64,000 nt of DNA from a virus. Shown piece by piece: positions 49,501 to 59,412 of the stretch. The position numbers and the translations under genes are program-made. Each line of letters opens with the position of its first letter. Positions within the stretch are counted from its first letter, which is position 1. A model generated the notes under the pieces. That model saw only the letters and a program-made list of their open reading frames with translations, did not search any database and was not told the DNA's origin. The DNA is taken from IMG/VR virus record IMGVR_UViG_3300044701_001468; one strand, given 5' to 3'.

Positions 49501-52500
49501 TTCGTTAGAAGATAAAGTTACTGGTGAATTATCTTCGTAATATAATGGGAAAGAAGATGCAATACCATTAAATTGAGAAGATATATCTTTGATTTTTTTG
49601 AAATATTGATTATTTAATTCATTATTTTTAAATTGTATAATTCGAGCAACAATTTTTTGTGGTGGACTATCTACTCCTTCTCTATATGATGAAAGTGGTA
49701 TTGGTTGACCACCAACACTTCTATACCCAAGAGGAGCTTCTGCAAATGTAATTTGTGTTCCTGAAATAGTAAATGCTTTTCCAGGTTCTTGTAAAATACC
49801 ATCTAATGATAGAATTACATTATTGACATTAGAAACAGAATATGGAGTATTTGATCCCTTTAAAGTGATTGTGAAGGTTTTGTTACCGCTTCTGTTTCCA
49901 TTTGAATCAAAATAACCACTAAAATCTGGAGTTAGTTTGATATCATAGGAAAGCATCTCTCCCGTATCAAATGTAGATGCAAATACAGATCCTCTTCCTC
50001 TAATTACATTTAAATTTGAAAGATTAAATGTACTTTGAGTTATTACTCTATGAGTATTTTCTATGGTTACTTTATTTTTTTCAGGATCCCATAATTGAAT
50101 AAAACTTACATGATCAATTTTTGGTTGTACTGGTTTTATTTTGTTTTCTACTTCAGACTCTACAGAAACTTCTCCGAATACTTTAAATCCAGCTGGGTGT
50201 ATTGTTTGGGTAACTAAACTTCTCCAAACATCAATCGGCGTTTTGGATTTGATTACATAAGAATAATCTTGATAGAAATACGAATCTGCAATTCTTTGTG
50301 AATCTGAACTAATCTTTGATCTGTCAGAAGCGTAGTAACCCAAGTTATCATAATATGATTTTATGTTATCAGATAACAATCCAACAAAGGATTTTACTAC
50401 ATAAGCAGTTTTATTTTTAATTTTGCCAACAATGGTTAAATTTTCTTTAAATTCTCCTTCTATTTTTTCAATTCTTAGTATATTTGTATTTTCTCTCCAA
50501 CCATTTTTTGTTACAAATCCCTTAGCGATTAAAACACCACTATCGTATTGATTAATTTCTTCACCATCAATAAAGGCATTTTCTGGGAAATTATTTACCA
50601 CTAAAATACGTGGGGTTGTGAATATCTTCCTTATGGTGGTATCTCTATTATAATTCTTTCCGTTTTCTATGATCGAGATGCTCTTAGGAACTCCAATAGA
50701 TGCACTGGAAAAATATATCTTAACGTCAGTTTCGATAATTTTGATATCAGGCTGGCGATTATATCCAACACCCCTATTCTTAGTTACTATACCAGATATA
50801 GATCCGTTAGAATCCTTAATTATCTCAAATTCAGCAAATTTTCCATCAGTATTCAGTAAAATTGCCTTTGGTTTTGAATAATTTTTTCCAGAACTTATAA
50901 TATTAATAGAAGAAATATTTTTCGCAATACTATTCCAATTAACAACAGCAACACATTCGTTTTCTGCTGCTGGTCTTACTCCATACACTCTAGGAATTTT
51001 TATAAATTCTTTACCTTGATTTTCTATTACAACACTATTAATTTGCCCGACAGAAGAAGCAGAATTTGTGTTATATGCGATAGTTCCCGATCCATCATAT
51101 TTTGGATAGGAACTCATCTCATATACAATGCTATTGGGGGTTGTATATGTAACAATTTTCGATCCCTGTAGAGGATCTTCAATTAGTTTCAAATATGATT
51201 TATCTGAATCTATTATTCCTGCTTTGTCAAAATAGAAATAATTTACATATTTTGTACTAGTTTCTTTTGTAGTAGATAATACTCCATTATCATAATATGA
51301 CCCAAATCCAAATTTAACTTTAATATTTGAACCAGGAGATCCAGGAAGAATAGTATTTCTTAAACTTTCCGTTGAAATAATATTAAAATTACCACTTGGA
51401 GAAAATTCCAAGAAACTGCCAGTCAAAGAATAATGTGATGTATCAAATTTATAAGTGTAATATTTTTGAACATCGATAATTGGATTTCTTGACCAATTAA
51501 TATTATCATACGAAAATTCAAATTTATATGCTTGATTTTCGATATTATCTTTTACATATACTAGTTTTTTTGGAGTACTAGAATCAAAGAAACTAATTCC
51601 TGAGTATAAGGAATTTATGGATCCTAAAACTCTATCTACACCATAAACAACCACCAGTTCTTGAGAATTTTCATCGTAGGAAAGAACGTATCCATCTTTA
51701 TCAGTATTACCAACATGAAAATCTACTGGGAGTGTATATTTTTCGTATGCACTCGAAACTAGTTCATTGTTGAAATGATTTACGACCGTCGTTTCCTTCT
51801 GCCCACGTAGTACATCTACATATAATCCATTGTTTGAAATTGCAGTTACTTTTACAATTTCTGATCCTAGTTGTAAATAATCATTATTTGAGATAGATTG
51901 AACATCATTTAGATATAATCTAGTATTTGTTGTCGAAAATCCTACATGCGTTACTTCTAAAATCAAAAATCTCGTTGAAGTTGTAGTAACTGATCTATCC
52001 AAAGAAGAATTTTGAACGGTTAACAAATCTCCTTGTTTGTATCCTTTACCTTTAGATGTTATCGTGATTGATGTGACAACACCATTAGTAACGGAAATTG
52101 TTGCTCTAGCATTGTTAGTATTGCCTGCTTTTCCTATAACAGCATCCGAACTATTACCAACTACTCTTCCTTCAATGTCTCTGCATTTTGTAATATCATT
52201 GAAAATTAATTCAACGTTAGTAAATGTTTGATTTCCTGATGTAGTTGATGCATAATCACCAGTTGTGACAAAATTAGAATTTGCGTATGCATAAAATCGA
52301 GTTAGTGTGGCAGTACCATTAGAAACTGCTCCAGAAGAATGTGAAGGTGGAACATTCCCAGTGATTCCAGAAGTTGTTACCTGATAAACTAAAGAATTAT
52401 ACGTTAAATACTCGCCAGAAGATACTGAAGTATTTGCAGTCCATGATTTACTGGTAATATTATAACTACCATTATTTAAAACTCGTTGACTTCCTAATCC

Positions 52501-55500
52501 AGTATCAACAATAGTTTTTGTGTAAGATGGTGAAGATAATTTTACTTTTTGATAAATTCTTCTTCGAGTGTAAATTGTAGTTTCGGTCGTAGACGAATTT
52601 GGAATAATATTAACGTCAACTATATCACCACGCGAAACTTTATGTTCTGTAGAGGTTTTCAGAATAGCAATTTTATCATTAATTGATATAGGTTTAATTT
52701 GACTACTTAAATTGATGATATTTACGATTGAACTGCCTACAGTATCAGATAAGGAGAAACTCTTTATGTAAAAATTATCATCTACAACAAAATTTCCTTG
52801 AATGACCTTAATTTTTAAATTATTTTTTAATTCTGAAGACTCTAGAATCAAACCTCTAGCTTTCTCACTAGTACATACAGATCCTGGAGTTAAATTATCT
52901 GTTAGTGTAATTAACGAACCTGTAGGAGATGAAGAGATTCTAAATGCTAGTGGTTCTGGATTTCTTACATAATAAATTTGGTTTGCAATTATTCCTGAAA
53001 AACTATTCGAAAATACAATTGGTTCACCTTCAGAAAAAATGTTAGAAGCAACTACTAGTTTATTTGAATTTACTTTAAGAATTACAGATTGTTTTCCATT
53101 CGTCAAAACAACATCTGAATTTGCTGTATAAGAAGAAGCATTATCTAAAATTAAATTAATTACGTTGATAGTGGATGATAACGTATTGGTAGCGTTAAAT
53201 GTTCCTGATACATTCCTCAAAACCAATGTTTTATCATCAAAAACATCTCCAATTAACTGACCAGACGCACCTGTTGATTGTTGCGTTACAATATCACCAC
53301 TGAAAAAATAACAAGAATTTTCTGTGGTTATTTTTACGGATTTTGTTTGTTGTGATTCGATTGATTCTACATTTTTTCCTTTGACTGACGAAACTTTGGC
53401 AATTAAACCAGAACCTTCGGTGTCGGTGTAGTCTACTTCTACAATGCTACCATTTCCAAACGTATTTGTTGAATAATCACATGTTGCTGATGTAACACTT
53501 CCAGACTTAATGGAATCTACATATGCAAATATTGATGATCCGTTTTCAGGAGTGCTCTGCGTCTTTAATCTACTTACTTTTTTGGGTAAATCTTTTTGAG
53601 AAATAGATTTATTATAATTTGAATCTACTGGGATAGAATAATAATTGGATCCTATAAAATATGGATACACTGGAGTATTACCAGCAGTAATTGTCAAGAA
53701 ATATGCATAAGTTCCTTCTGGATATTCTGGAGTGATACAGAATCTACCATTATTTTGATCTAGATCTCCAGATCTATGAGAATATGAATAATCCTCTATG
53801 AAAGATCCCAATGGATAGTCTGATAAAGATGGACCTCCAGATCTGCTAATGTTTAACGAATAACTAGATCTCATTCTAGAAATAGAAGAAGATGCGTTTG
53901 TTGGATTTGAATATCCATATGGACCATAAATTGGATTTCCATCATATGCATATCCCAAGATAGGTGAATGCGATAAAGTTGATGGAACATTACCTAAACT
54001 ATCTAAGTTATCATTTAATGATACTCTTAAACTTTTTGGATTCGCTAAGTAAGAATATCCATACCCCAAAGACGTATCATTATTTTGGAAAAAATAACCA
54101 TAATTTGCATCTAAACTATTTTGCAGTTTAGCATACCTATTCTTTCTCCATGTTCTTACTTCGCTTATAGCAGTTGCTCCAGATCCAACTGGTTCTATAA
54201 TTACTTGAACATTCTGTTGAGTATAAAACTTTCCTCTATCGTTTTGTACAAAACCAGTTATTTTACCATCTGTTGAAATTTCGGCAGTATAACTTGCGAA
54301 TCTACCTCTTCCCAGAGAATCTTTAATAATAACTCTAGGTGGAGATGAGTAGTATTCGCCAGGATTAATAATATTCAATCCAGTAATCTGATCTCCAGTT
54401 ACTACTGCTTCTACAACTGCATTTCTACCAGAAGTAATAGTTACTTTTGGTACTGGAGGGAAAAATCCAGATCCAGATGTAATAACATCAATTCTTTCTA
54501 CGACTTCGCCCGACATAATTGCCTTAGCCGATGCAACTATGTTATCAGAACCATCTTGAACCAATACATATGGTGCTGTAGCATATCCACTACCTTGAGA
54601 AGTAACTATGATATTAGTGATTTCGCCAAAAATTACTTTTTCAGTATCTTTTGCTCCCCTAATAGTCACTCCGTTTACTAAAATACCAATATCTGTATAT
54701 GGCGTTTCGTAAATCTCTGTGGTAATTGATGGATACTTTCGAATGAGTTTTAAATGCTTTTGATCTTGTAAAGTTTGAGACCAAGAGTTCAATCCAATGG
54801 CATGAGATGGGTATCCAGATGATGTGATATAATAATATTGCTCATCCTCATAAATTGCAGAAACTTCGGAGATGGTCTGCTGCAAATCTGATGATATTGA
54901 CGTATTAGATGAAGTAGGAGCACTATATGTCTCATTAATTTTCCATCTTACGTCATTATTCGCATTATCAAAAATAATTCTATTTCTAGTCTCAAATCCT
55001 GATCTTGAATATTGTACTAAATCGTTTTCTTGTGAATATGGAACATTAGAATCAATGTTCAAAGAGTAAATTACACCAAAGACAAGTAATTTAACTTCTT
55101 GTGATGCACCAAAGGTATCAACGTAACTACCAGTAACCAAAGAAAAATCATAAACTGGTGTATTTACTGGATGTGATTGTGGTGAAGATCCTCTACTTTC
55201 GATAGTAAATTGATTTACATTTTTTGATTTGTAATTAACTACTTCATTTCCTATTAAAAGTTGTCCAGATAGAGAATTCCAACCAGTAGTGGAATAAACG
55301 TAAATATTTTTATTTGCTCCATCTGAACCAGATAAAAATTTGGTTAAGAATGTTTGAGAAGCAACGGAAAATTCTCCAACAACACTAGACTCTGATAAAA
55401 TTAATTCGTAGAAACCATCACCAATATCTTTTACATTGTCTACAATGGCAAAAGCTGTTTTGATTGAAGAGTCAAAGGTATTTTCTGGTTGAGTAATTTT

Positions 55501-56292
55501 CTCCCCAATCAACTTTGTTACATCGCCAGAAATGACTCTTACTTTTAGTGAATAGTTGTCTATCCATTCACCAGATGATGATTTGAATGTACTTTCTCTT
55601 GGATAGTAAACACTGGGAACATCAGTAGGATCTTTAGCAATGATTGAATTGAATAAAAATCTAATTGATTGATCTGTTCCCTTTGACTGATAAAACTTCT
55701 TAATGTTCTTGATTAATAGAGTTTTATCTACTTCTGGTTTTAAATCTTTTTCTGGAAAATCACCAAGATACTGAGACTCGAAATTTTTGATTAATGAATA
55801 TAAAAATAAATTACTGATATTGGATACAATTTTGCCACTCAGGTGCTCTGTTCCAGTTCCTAAGTCTGCATATTCTACATTTGTAATATCAGATTTGCTG
55901 TACAGATCACCAAGTTTTGTTGTGGCGTTTATATTTCTGTAGCAATCAACAAAAGAAGTTGCTGTCTTTGTTTTGTAAAATACTGCTTCATCTTCTATCA
56001 GAATATACCCATTGGTATCTGGAAAAGACGATGTATCGGCAACATTAATGGTTGTTGATGTCGCTGAAATATTAGAAGTTAACGTAGTATTCTGTTGAAG
56101 AATAGTTTTTTCGTAAGTATCAATATCATGATACTTCGTTAAATTATTAATAAGATCTATAGGTTGCCCAGGCAATTCAAGCTGCTCGTAATATTTCTGC
56201 ATAAACGCAGAAAACTGAGGATATTCCGAAGAAATAAACTTTGGTAGTTGATCATCAACTAACGATGAGAGCTTTCTAACCTTGGTTGCCAT
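46567..56292 (-). CDS. gp7: Giant baseplate wedge initiator gp7 (3241 aa)
   Basis: LIKNIKKFYQSKGT, HSPILGYAYDGNPIYGPYG, DLDQNNGRFCITPEYPEGTYAYF, DSYFYQDYSYVIKS, HPAGFKVFG; between gp6 and gp8. Confidence 0.85.
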   Translation of the reverse strand: MATKVRKLSSLVDDQLPKFISSEYPQFSAFMQKYYEQLELPGQPIDLINNLTKYHDIDTYEKTILQQNTTLTSNISATSTTINVADTSSFPDTNGYILIEDEAVFYKTKTATSFVDCYRNINATTKLGDLYSKSDITNVEYADLGTGTEHLSGKIVSNISNLFLYSLIKNFESQYLGDFPEKDLKPEVDKTLLIKNIKKFYQSKGTDQSIRFLFNSIIAKDPTDVPSVYYPRESTFKSSSGEWIDNYSLKVRVISGDVTKLIGEKITQPENTFDSSIKTAFAIVDNVKDIGDGFYELILSESSVVGEFSVASQTFLTKFLSGSDGANKNIYVYSTTGWNSLSGQLLIGNEVVNYKSKNVNQFTIESRGSSPQSHPVNTPVYDFSLVTGSYVDTFGASQEVKLLVFGVIYSLNIDSNVPYSQENDLVQYSRSGFETRNRIIFDNANNDVRWKINETYSAPTSSNTSISSDLQQTISEVSAIYEDEQYYYITSSGYPSHAIGLNSWSQTLQDQKHLKLIRKYPSITTEIYETPYTDIGILVNGVTIRGAKDTEKVIFGEITNIIVTSQGSGYATAPYVLVQDGSDNIVASAKAIMSGEVVERIDVITSGSGFFPPVPKVTITSGRNAVVEAVVTGDQITGLNIINPGEYYSSPPRVIIKDSLGRGRFASYTAEISTDGKITGFVQNDRGKFYTQQNVQVIIEPVGSGATAISEVRTWRKNRYAKLQNSLDANYGYFFQNNDTSLGYGYSYLANPKSLRVSLNDNLDSLGNVPSTLSHSPILGYAYDGNPIYGPYGYSNPTNASSSISRMRSSYSLNISRSGGPSLSDYPLGSFIEDYSYSHRSGDLDQNNGRFCITPEYPEGTYAYFLTITAGNTPVYPYFIGSNYYSIPVDSNYNKSISQKDLPKKVSRLKTQSTPENGSSIFAYVDSIKSGSVTSATCDYSTNTFGNGSIVEVDYTDTEGSGLIAKVSSVKGKNVESIESQQTKSVKITTENSCYFFSGDIVTQQSTGASGQLIGDVFDDKTLVLRNVSGTFNATNTLSSTINVINLILDNASSYTANSDVVLTNGKQSVILKVNSNKLVVASNIFSEGEPIVFSNSFSGIIANQIYYVRNPEPLAFRISSSPTGSLITLTDNLTPGSVCTSEKARGLILESSELKNNLKIKVIQGNFVVDDNFYIKSFSLSDTVGSSIVNIINLSSQIKPISINDKIAILKTSTEHKVSRGDIVDVNIIPNSSTTETTIYTRRRIYQKVKLSSPSYTKTIVDTGLGSQRVLNNGSYNITSKSWTANTSVSSGEYLTYNSLVYQVTTSGITGNVPPSHSSGAVSNGTATLTRFYAYANSNFVTTGDYASTTSGNQTFTNVELIFNDITKCRDIEGRVVGNSSDAVIGKAGNTNNARATISVTNGVVTSITITSKGKGYKQGDLLTVQNSSLDRSVTTTSTRFLILEVTHVGFSTTNTRLYLNDVQSISNNDYLQLGSEIVKVTAISNNGLYVDVLRGQKETTVVNHFNNELVSSAYEKYTLPVDFHVGNTDKDGYVLSYDENSQELVVVYGVDRVLGSINSLYSGISFFDSSTPKKLVYVKDNIENQAYKFEFSYDNINWSRNPIIDVQKYYTYKFDTSHYSLTGSFLEFSPSGNFNIISTESLRNTILPGSPGSNIKVKFGFGSYYDNGVLSTTKETSTKYVNYFYFDKAGIIDSDKSYLKLIEDPLQGSKIVTYTTPNSIVYEMSSYPKYDGSGTIAYNTNSASSVGQINSVVIENQGKEFIKIPRVYGVRPAAENECVAVVNWNSIAKNISSINIISSGKNYSKPKAILLNTDGKFAEFEIIKDSNGSISGIVTKNRGVGYNRQPDIKIIETDVKIYFSSASIGVPKSISIIENGKNYNRDTTIRKIFTTPRILVVNNFPENAFIDGEEINQYDSGVLIAKGFVTKNGWRENTNILRIEKIEGEFKENLTIVGKIKNKTAYVVKSFVGLLSDNIKSYYDNLGYYASDRSKISSDSQRIADSYFYQDYSYVIKSKTPIDVWRSLVTQTIHPAGFKVFGEVSVESEVENKIKPVQPKIDHVSFIQLWDPEKNKVTIENTHRVITQSTFNLSNLNVIRGRGSVFASTFDTGEMLSYDIKLTPDFSGYFDSNGNRSGNKTFTITLKGSNTPYSVSNVNNVILSLDGILQEPGKAFTISGTQITFAEAPLGYRSVGGQPIPLSSYREGVDSPPQKIVARIIQFKNNELNNQYFKKIKDISSQFNGIASSFPLYYEDNSPVTLSSNENLLVAIDGVLQQAGSTPLLPLDRSYYIRRTTTPNEIVFVEPPRTFESTKQSFYGVSVSGYERLLIDSRFINGINAGPFILRSAVSGKTVIVDEDRNVLVFVDGVFQQRLKNYSINGSNIIFREPIRVGQKVNILYTYGRDYQKALNAFNYETSLFFNRFIITISGNLSSDYPIEIDGATIKSNTTQGIIRTSYYNGTNTELTIDSQNKRFISSENLEIVGYNGVTKQNLVIQSSRIISIQSFEKNDDQQDILRKSIPGWLLKNSPRFRKEDFVDVGDLLKIDGESEFRTILSKSDIVTKTSYRDVDDVNSNYYGKLGTSTYNGIGYGEGLDVSANIENGKVVSLTWNKKDWDSYVTKQIYPVAAGYGYETAPQLIFVAQAQKDEGGTIIAPAQGGGAKAYAIVHDEEVIDIVLYDQGSDYLVAPKVYISRGYDVIRKQRSIDVTQIIVSMSPKIENAGTLYITSGATFDDSPQPPIITISSVVAVTPFDTDRKITSIVQKSENVKLPVQKCLNVHTSVLNLNANVSSISTSVQFFFSNGQVPIEVVSLFQNATIIKAERELTSYVRTFAKANYLLAYRSLHETGAYLDSSLSLTDKIIYVPTTEKFKSFGKLLVEDEIVSYSSKLSDRFLGVVRGVDGTTIKTHPAGAFVRQYSDDVTIIDAGVDDISTIAKLDIQYASMSSVAPSITTISQLITDPKVQNISEQITTIVQKSVDVSSSGAVNDQYTSILQVTASIQFTENKITQFITTQVESKVENVPVVNVQKLVNSITLLNSTGFADYYEESVLLTNEVIQRNNTIIILDTPFNQISQRNGNIVVVNNANAQTSYKTQYTKLSLSNSLSRYNYWYNMNVGAAFVSQLSFNDISINYNYVTIEDFDVSNFSSFTKSRNIWNLSHPSIQNSIVLANGNTNLSVSNIINVTGNTTYFPSSGYLFTGNGSTYSVVQYTGKTSTSFTGCTLYKGSNIVSSTNNIMPYSV

Positions 56293-56299
56293 TTATATT

Positions 56300-58099
56300 C
56301 TACTCTTGAATGAGGGTAAATGAACTATGATCAATATCAATATCTAAGAAGATTTCTCTCTTAGCAATAATGTCATTATATTCTGGTTTTACACGAATTT
56401 CGATTCTATTATCGGAGAAGGTTCCTTTAATAATATTTAAATCAAATACTTGAATTTCTCCAGTGACATAATTAATTATTCCTTGATTTTGATTCAGAAC
56501 AATTTTTTCACCAGTCTGTGAGTCTAATCTGTATAGAACTATTTTTCCAGATCTATCTTCCAAATACACCGTATAAGAAGGATATTTCTGAACTACAAAT
56601 CCAGTAGAAGACATGGCATTGGTAGTCGAATCATTCAAAAATGGATTATTAAAACACAATTCATAATATGCATTATTATTTAACGAAGGATAAAAATCCT
56701 TTCTCATGAGAATTGTAGTTAAGTTAGATTTTATAGATCTATCAGAACTATCAACTACACCCACTATTTTACTATATCTAAACTTCCCACCAAATTTCTC
56801 AGTATCACTACTTGCAATATATTTTGCGATATTTTCAATAATCTTTGTTTTTAAAGAATCTGCACTTAAATTAGTGACAGATTGGTTGTAGAAAATGTTG
56901 CTGTACAACTCAACGTAAATAATAGAAGCATCAACAATTTCTGGAATAACAGATGCTACCGAATATTTTCTTAATTCATCCAAAATAATTTTTTTGGTGT
57001 ATGAAGAAATATATGCTGAATTGGTTGGTTTTATAGAAATTTTAACTTTACCATATTCGGGAGGATCTGCATTCTCTCCACCATAAGCAATAATATCTGC
57101 TATATTTGGATATACTCTTTTAACAATAGCAGAATAGTCTACAGCAGTTACGGCACGATTCTGTGCTCCATACATTGCTGGTGCATTGATTTTTATACTA
57201 TCAATGCTTTCTATGCCACTGCCGCCAAATGCTTTTGCAATAGTAGTAATGTTGTTAACTTGAACTATGAAATTACTATTTCCACTAACATCACTAACTA
57301 CACCAGAATAATTAAATATAGACGCTCCGTTGGTTGCATCTGCATTGGTAACTAAGTAACTTACTTCAACAACTTGCCCAGTGGTTAATTTTTTGCCAAA
57401 TACGCCATCGCCAAAAATTAACTTGTAATTTTCATCTTCAATTTCATTGATGAAGAATACTGGAGATGATGGAGTAGTGTTTAAAATATTGTCGGAAAGA
57501 ACATATCTTTCGTAGATAGATGCCGATGGAGAATCAAATACTCTAACTCTAATCGTGCTGACATCAATATTTGCGTTGTTTAATATTACATTAAACACTC
57601 CGCCGCCTACTGTGTAAGTATTGGTAACAAAAGTTCCTTCGTAAATTTTTAAATTATTGAATGATACTGTATTATCTGGCAATACATTTGCCTGCACATC
57701 ATCCAAAATAACATATTGATATAATTTTTCATCTACGTTTGTTAGAAACGCATTTCCTCTTCTTAAGAATACTGTGCTTGGTAATGTTGTTCCTTGTAAA
57801 GTCAATGAACAAGATACAGCAGCAGATGAAGCAACAGATGATCTTGGTGTATATCCTAGTTGTTTCGCTATAGCAACTACATTATCACGAAGAGTAGCAG
57901 AATCTAAAAATGTCTCATTAACAACCATGTTGGCGTTAAAAGACGTATAATAGGTATTATATGCTAATACGTCCAGTAATTGCCCTAATGTAGAACCCTC
58001 AAAATCATAATCAGTAAAATCCGAATTCGCTCTCAAATAATCTCTGAGAGCAACTTTAATATCAAAATAATCTAAATTTGTTAACTGATTGTATGGCAT
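56300..58099 (-). CDS. gp6: Baseplate wedge protein gp6
   Basis: DFTDYDFEGS.L..LLDVLAYNTYY, FLDSATLRDNVV, QNRAVTAVDY. Confidence 0.92.
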   Translation of the reverse strand: MPYNQLTNLDYFDIKVALRDYLRANSDFTDYDFEGSTLGQLLDVLAYNTYYTSFNANMVVNETFLDSATLRDNVVAIAKQLGYTPRSSVASSAAVSCSLTLQGTTLPSTVFLRRGNAFLTNVDEKLYQYVILDDVQANVLPDNTVSFNNLKIYEGTFVTNTYTVGGGVFNVILNNANIDVSTIRVRVFDSPSASIYERYVLSDNILNTTPSSPVFFINEIEDENYKLIFGDGVFGKKLTTGQVVEVSYLVTNADATNGASIFNYSGVVSDVSGNSNFIVQVNNITTIAKAFGGSGIESIDSIKINAPAMYGAQNRAVTAVDYSAIVKRVYPNIADIIAYGGENADPPEYGKVKISIKPTNSAYISSYTKKIILDELRKYSVASVIPEIVDASIIYVELYSNIFYNQSVTNLSADSLKTKIIENIAKYIASSDTEKFGGKFRYSKIVGVVDSSDRSIKSNLTTILMRKDFYPSLNNNAYYELCFNNPFLNDSTTNAMSSTGFVVQKYPSYTVYLEDRSGKIVLYRLDSQTGEKIVLNQNQGIINYVTGEIQVFDLNIIKGTFSDNRIEIRVKPEYNDIIAKREIFLDIDIDHSSFTLIQE

Positions 58100-58103
58100 T
58101 TCT

Positions 58104-58499
58104 TTATGCTCTGGTTCTTTCTAGAAATAACTCGATTGTCTGGTATTGTTCTGGCAACCCAACCACTTGATATTCTATTTCAATGTCATATCCATTAGCA
58201 TCATAATTTTCTTCAGCAATTATATTTTTTAACCTTACTCTCGGCTCGAATGCATTGATAGTATATTCAATTTCACTCTTTACAGCATCGGCATTAATAA
58301 AGTCTAATGGTTCAAATAACAAATCAGTGATCCTGCTACCAATGTTTGGATTGAAAAATCTCTCTCCAGGAGCAGTTGTGATTAAATTTTGAATAGATTG
58401 TTTAATAGCAGTAAAATTTTTAGTCACCAATAAATCATCAGTGACTGGATGTTTTGCAAACGTAATACTGATGTCTTTAAACGACCTACTTACAGGCAT
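58104..58499 (-). CDS. gp25: Baseplate wedge / sheath initiator gp25
   Basis: FKDISITF..HP.T.D, IKQSIQNLITT.PGERFFNP.IGS, FEPRV. Confidence 0.92.
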   Translation of the reverse strand: MPVSRSFKDISITFAKHPVTDDLLVTKNFTAIKQSIQNLITTAPGERFFNPNIGSRITDLLFEPLDFINADAVKSEIEYTINAFEPRVRLKNIIAEENYDANGYDIEIEYQVVGLPEQYQTIELFLERTRA

Positions 58500-58509
58500 A
58501 AAAATACCA

Positions 58510-58529
58510 TATTTATAGTATTATTTATA
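58510..58529 (-). promoter_or_regulatory. Tandem T4 late promoters for gp25-gp6-gp7
   Basis: TATAAATA at 58510-58517 and 58522-58529. Confidence 0.75.
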
Positions 58530-58556
58530 CCTGTATGGGTAATGTCTGTCGGAGAT

Positions 58557-58757
58557 TTACACCATCCATTCGACATAATCATCAAAACCATCCTTACCAC
58601 CACAGAATTTTGACATTCTATCTTCTGGAGGATCATTTTTTTTCTTCTCTGTCGGAGTCACGCGCTTTTCATAACCATAATCAGTAATTAATCGCGTAGT
58701 TCCCCACATTTCGCGCATGTAATTAACGTCTCTATCTGGATTTGGAGTGTTTGCCAT
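58557..58757 (-). CDS. Hypothetical protein (66 aa)
   Basis: GAGG ribosome binding site; PNPDRD...MWGT..LITDY motif. Confidence 0.7.
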   Translation of the reverse strand: MANTPNPDRDVNYMREMWGTTRLITDYGYEKRVTPTEKKKNDPPEDRMSKFCGGKDGFDDYVEWMV

Positions 58758-58812
58758 CTGTTTTTCCTCAAAATTTGATTAAAACAGAACTTTTTACGGG
58801 GTTGCTATCCCG

Positions 58813-58852
58813 AAAAAAAGCGGTATTTCACCAAAAATAGGCAAAATACCGC
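58813..58852 (-). terminator. Rho-independent terminator
   Basis: Stem GCGGTATTT/AAATACCGC (extendable by G-U pairs) followed by T7. Confidence 0.7.
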
Positions 58853-58880
58853 AAAAATTATCTGTATTCCTTCGAAATTT

Positions 58881-59027
58881 TCACGAACCCTGCCCGCGAT
58901 AACGCTTTTTGCGTCCATTTCGACTCGTTGCAGCAAGATTTGTATTCTTTGAGCGCCCTTGACTAGTAAGCTTGGGCTTTCCAGGCACGTAATTCGTCTT
59001 ATTCAAACCAACTTTTGCTTTTGCCAT
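58881..59027 (-). CDS. Small highly basic protein (48 aa), absent from the ORF track
   Basis: Translated by hand: MAKAKVGLNKTNYVPGKPKLTSQGRSKNTNLAATSRNGRKKRYRGQGS; GAGGT ribosome binding site. Confidence 0.7.
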   Translation of the reverse strand: MAKAKVGLNKTNYVPGKPKLTSQGRSKNTNLAATSRNGRKKRYRGQGS

Positions 59028-59037
59028 AACTTTTACC

Positions 59038-59412
59038 TCACTTTGCTTTAGTTTTTAATCCAATAAACACTTGATCTTCAGTAAATGGACCGAGAATAAT
59101 CGGTCTTTCTGTCCCCTCTATCACCGTAACATCTCCTGATATTACAGGTTGCAACTTACTAATGAATACATTAGGATTTGACTTGGCAATATATGTCCTA
59201 ACACCACTGGTTAAACACGGAAGAATTGGAATAATCGGTTCGCCAATCACTGGTACTGGCAAAAGTTTATGTTCAGCAAATCTAAATGGTTTTTTACCAG
59301 AAAATACATTAGGAGCAGCGATTTCAGTTCCTAATGGGGAAGGTTGAAATCTACAATTGATACCCCCAACGGAAATGGTATCGATTGATGCACTGAATGC
59401 AATGTTGGACAT
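59038..59412 (-). CDS. Possible PAAR-like spike-tip protein (gp5.4-like)
   Basis: 124 aa, Pro/Gly-rich with spaced Cys/His; mostly positional, no canonical PAAR motif. Confidence 0.4.
   Translation of the reverse strand: MSNIAFSASIDTISVGGINCRFQPSPLGTEIAAPNVFSGKKPFRFAEHKLLPVPVIGEPIIPILPCLTSGVRTYIAKSNPNVFISKLQPVISGDVTVIEGTERPIILGPFTEDQVFIGLKTKAK

Noticed and set aside
678-59347. Many 60-170-aa ORF-track entries on the plus strand or in alternate frames over the structural genes
   Set aside because: They are fully nested in or antisense to well-supported genes, with no ribosome binding site, promoter or recognisable motif; treated as shadow ORFs
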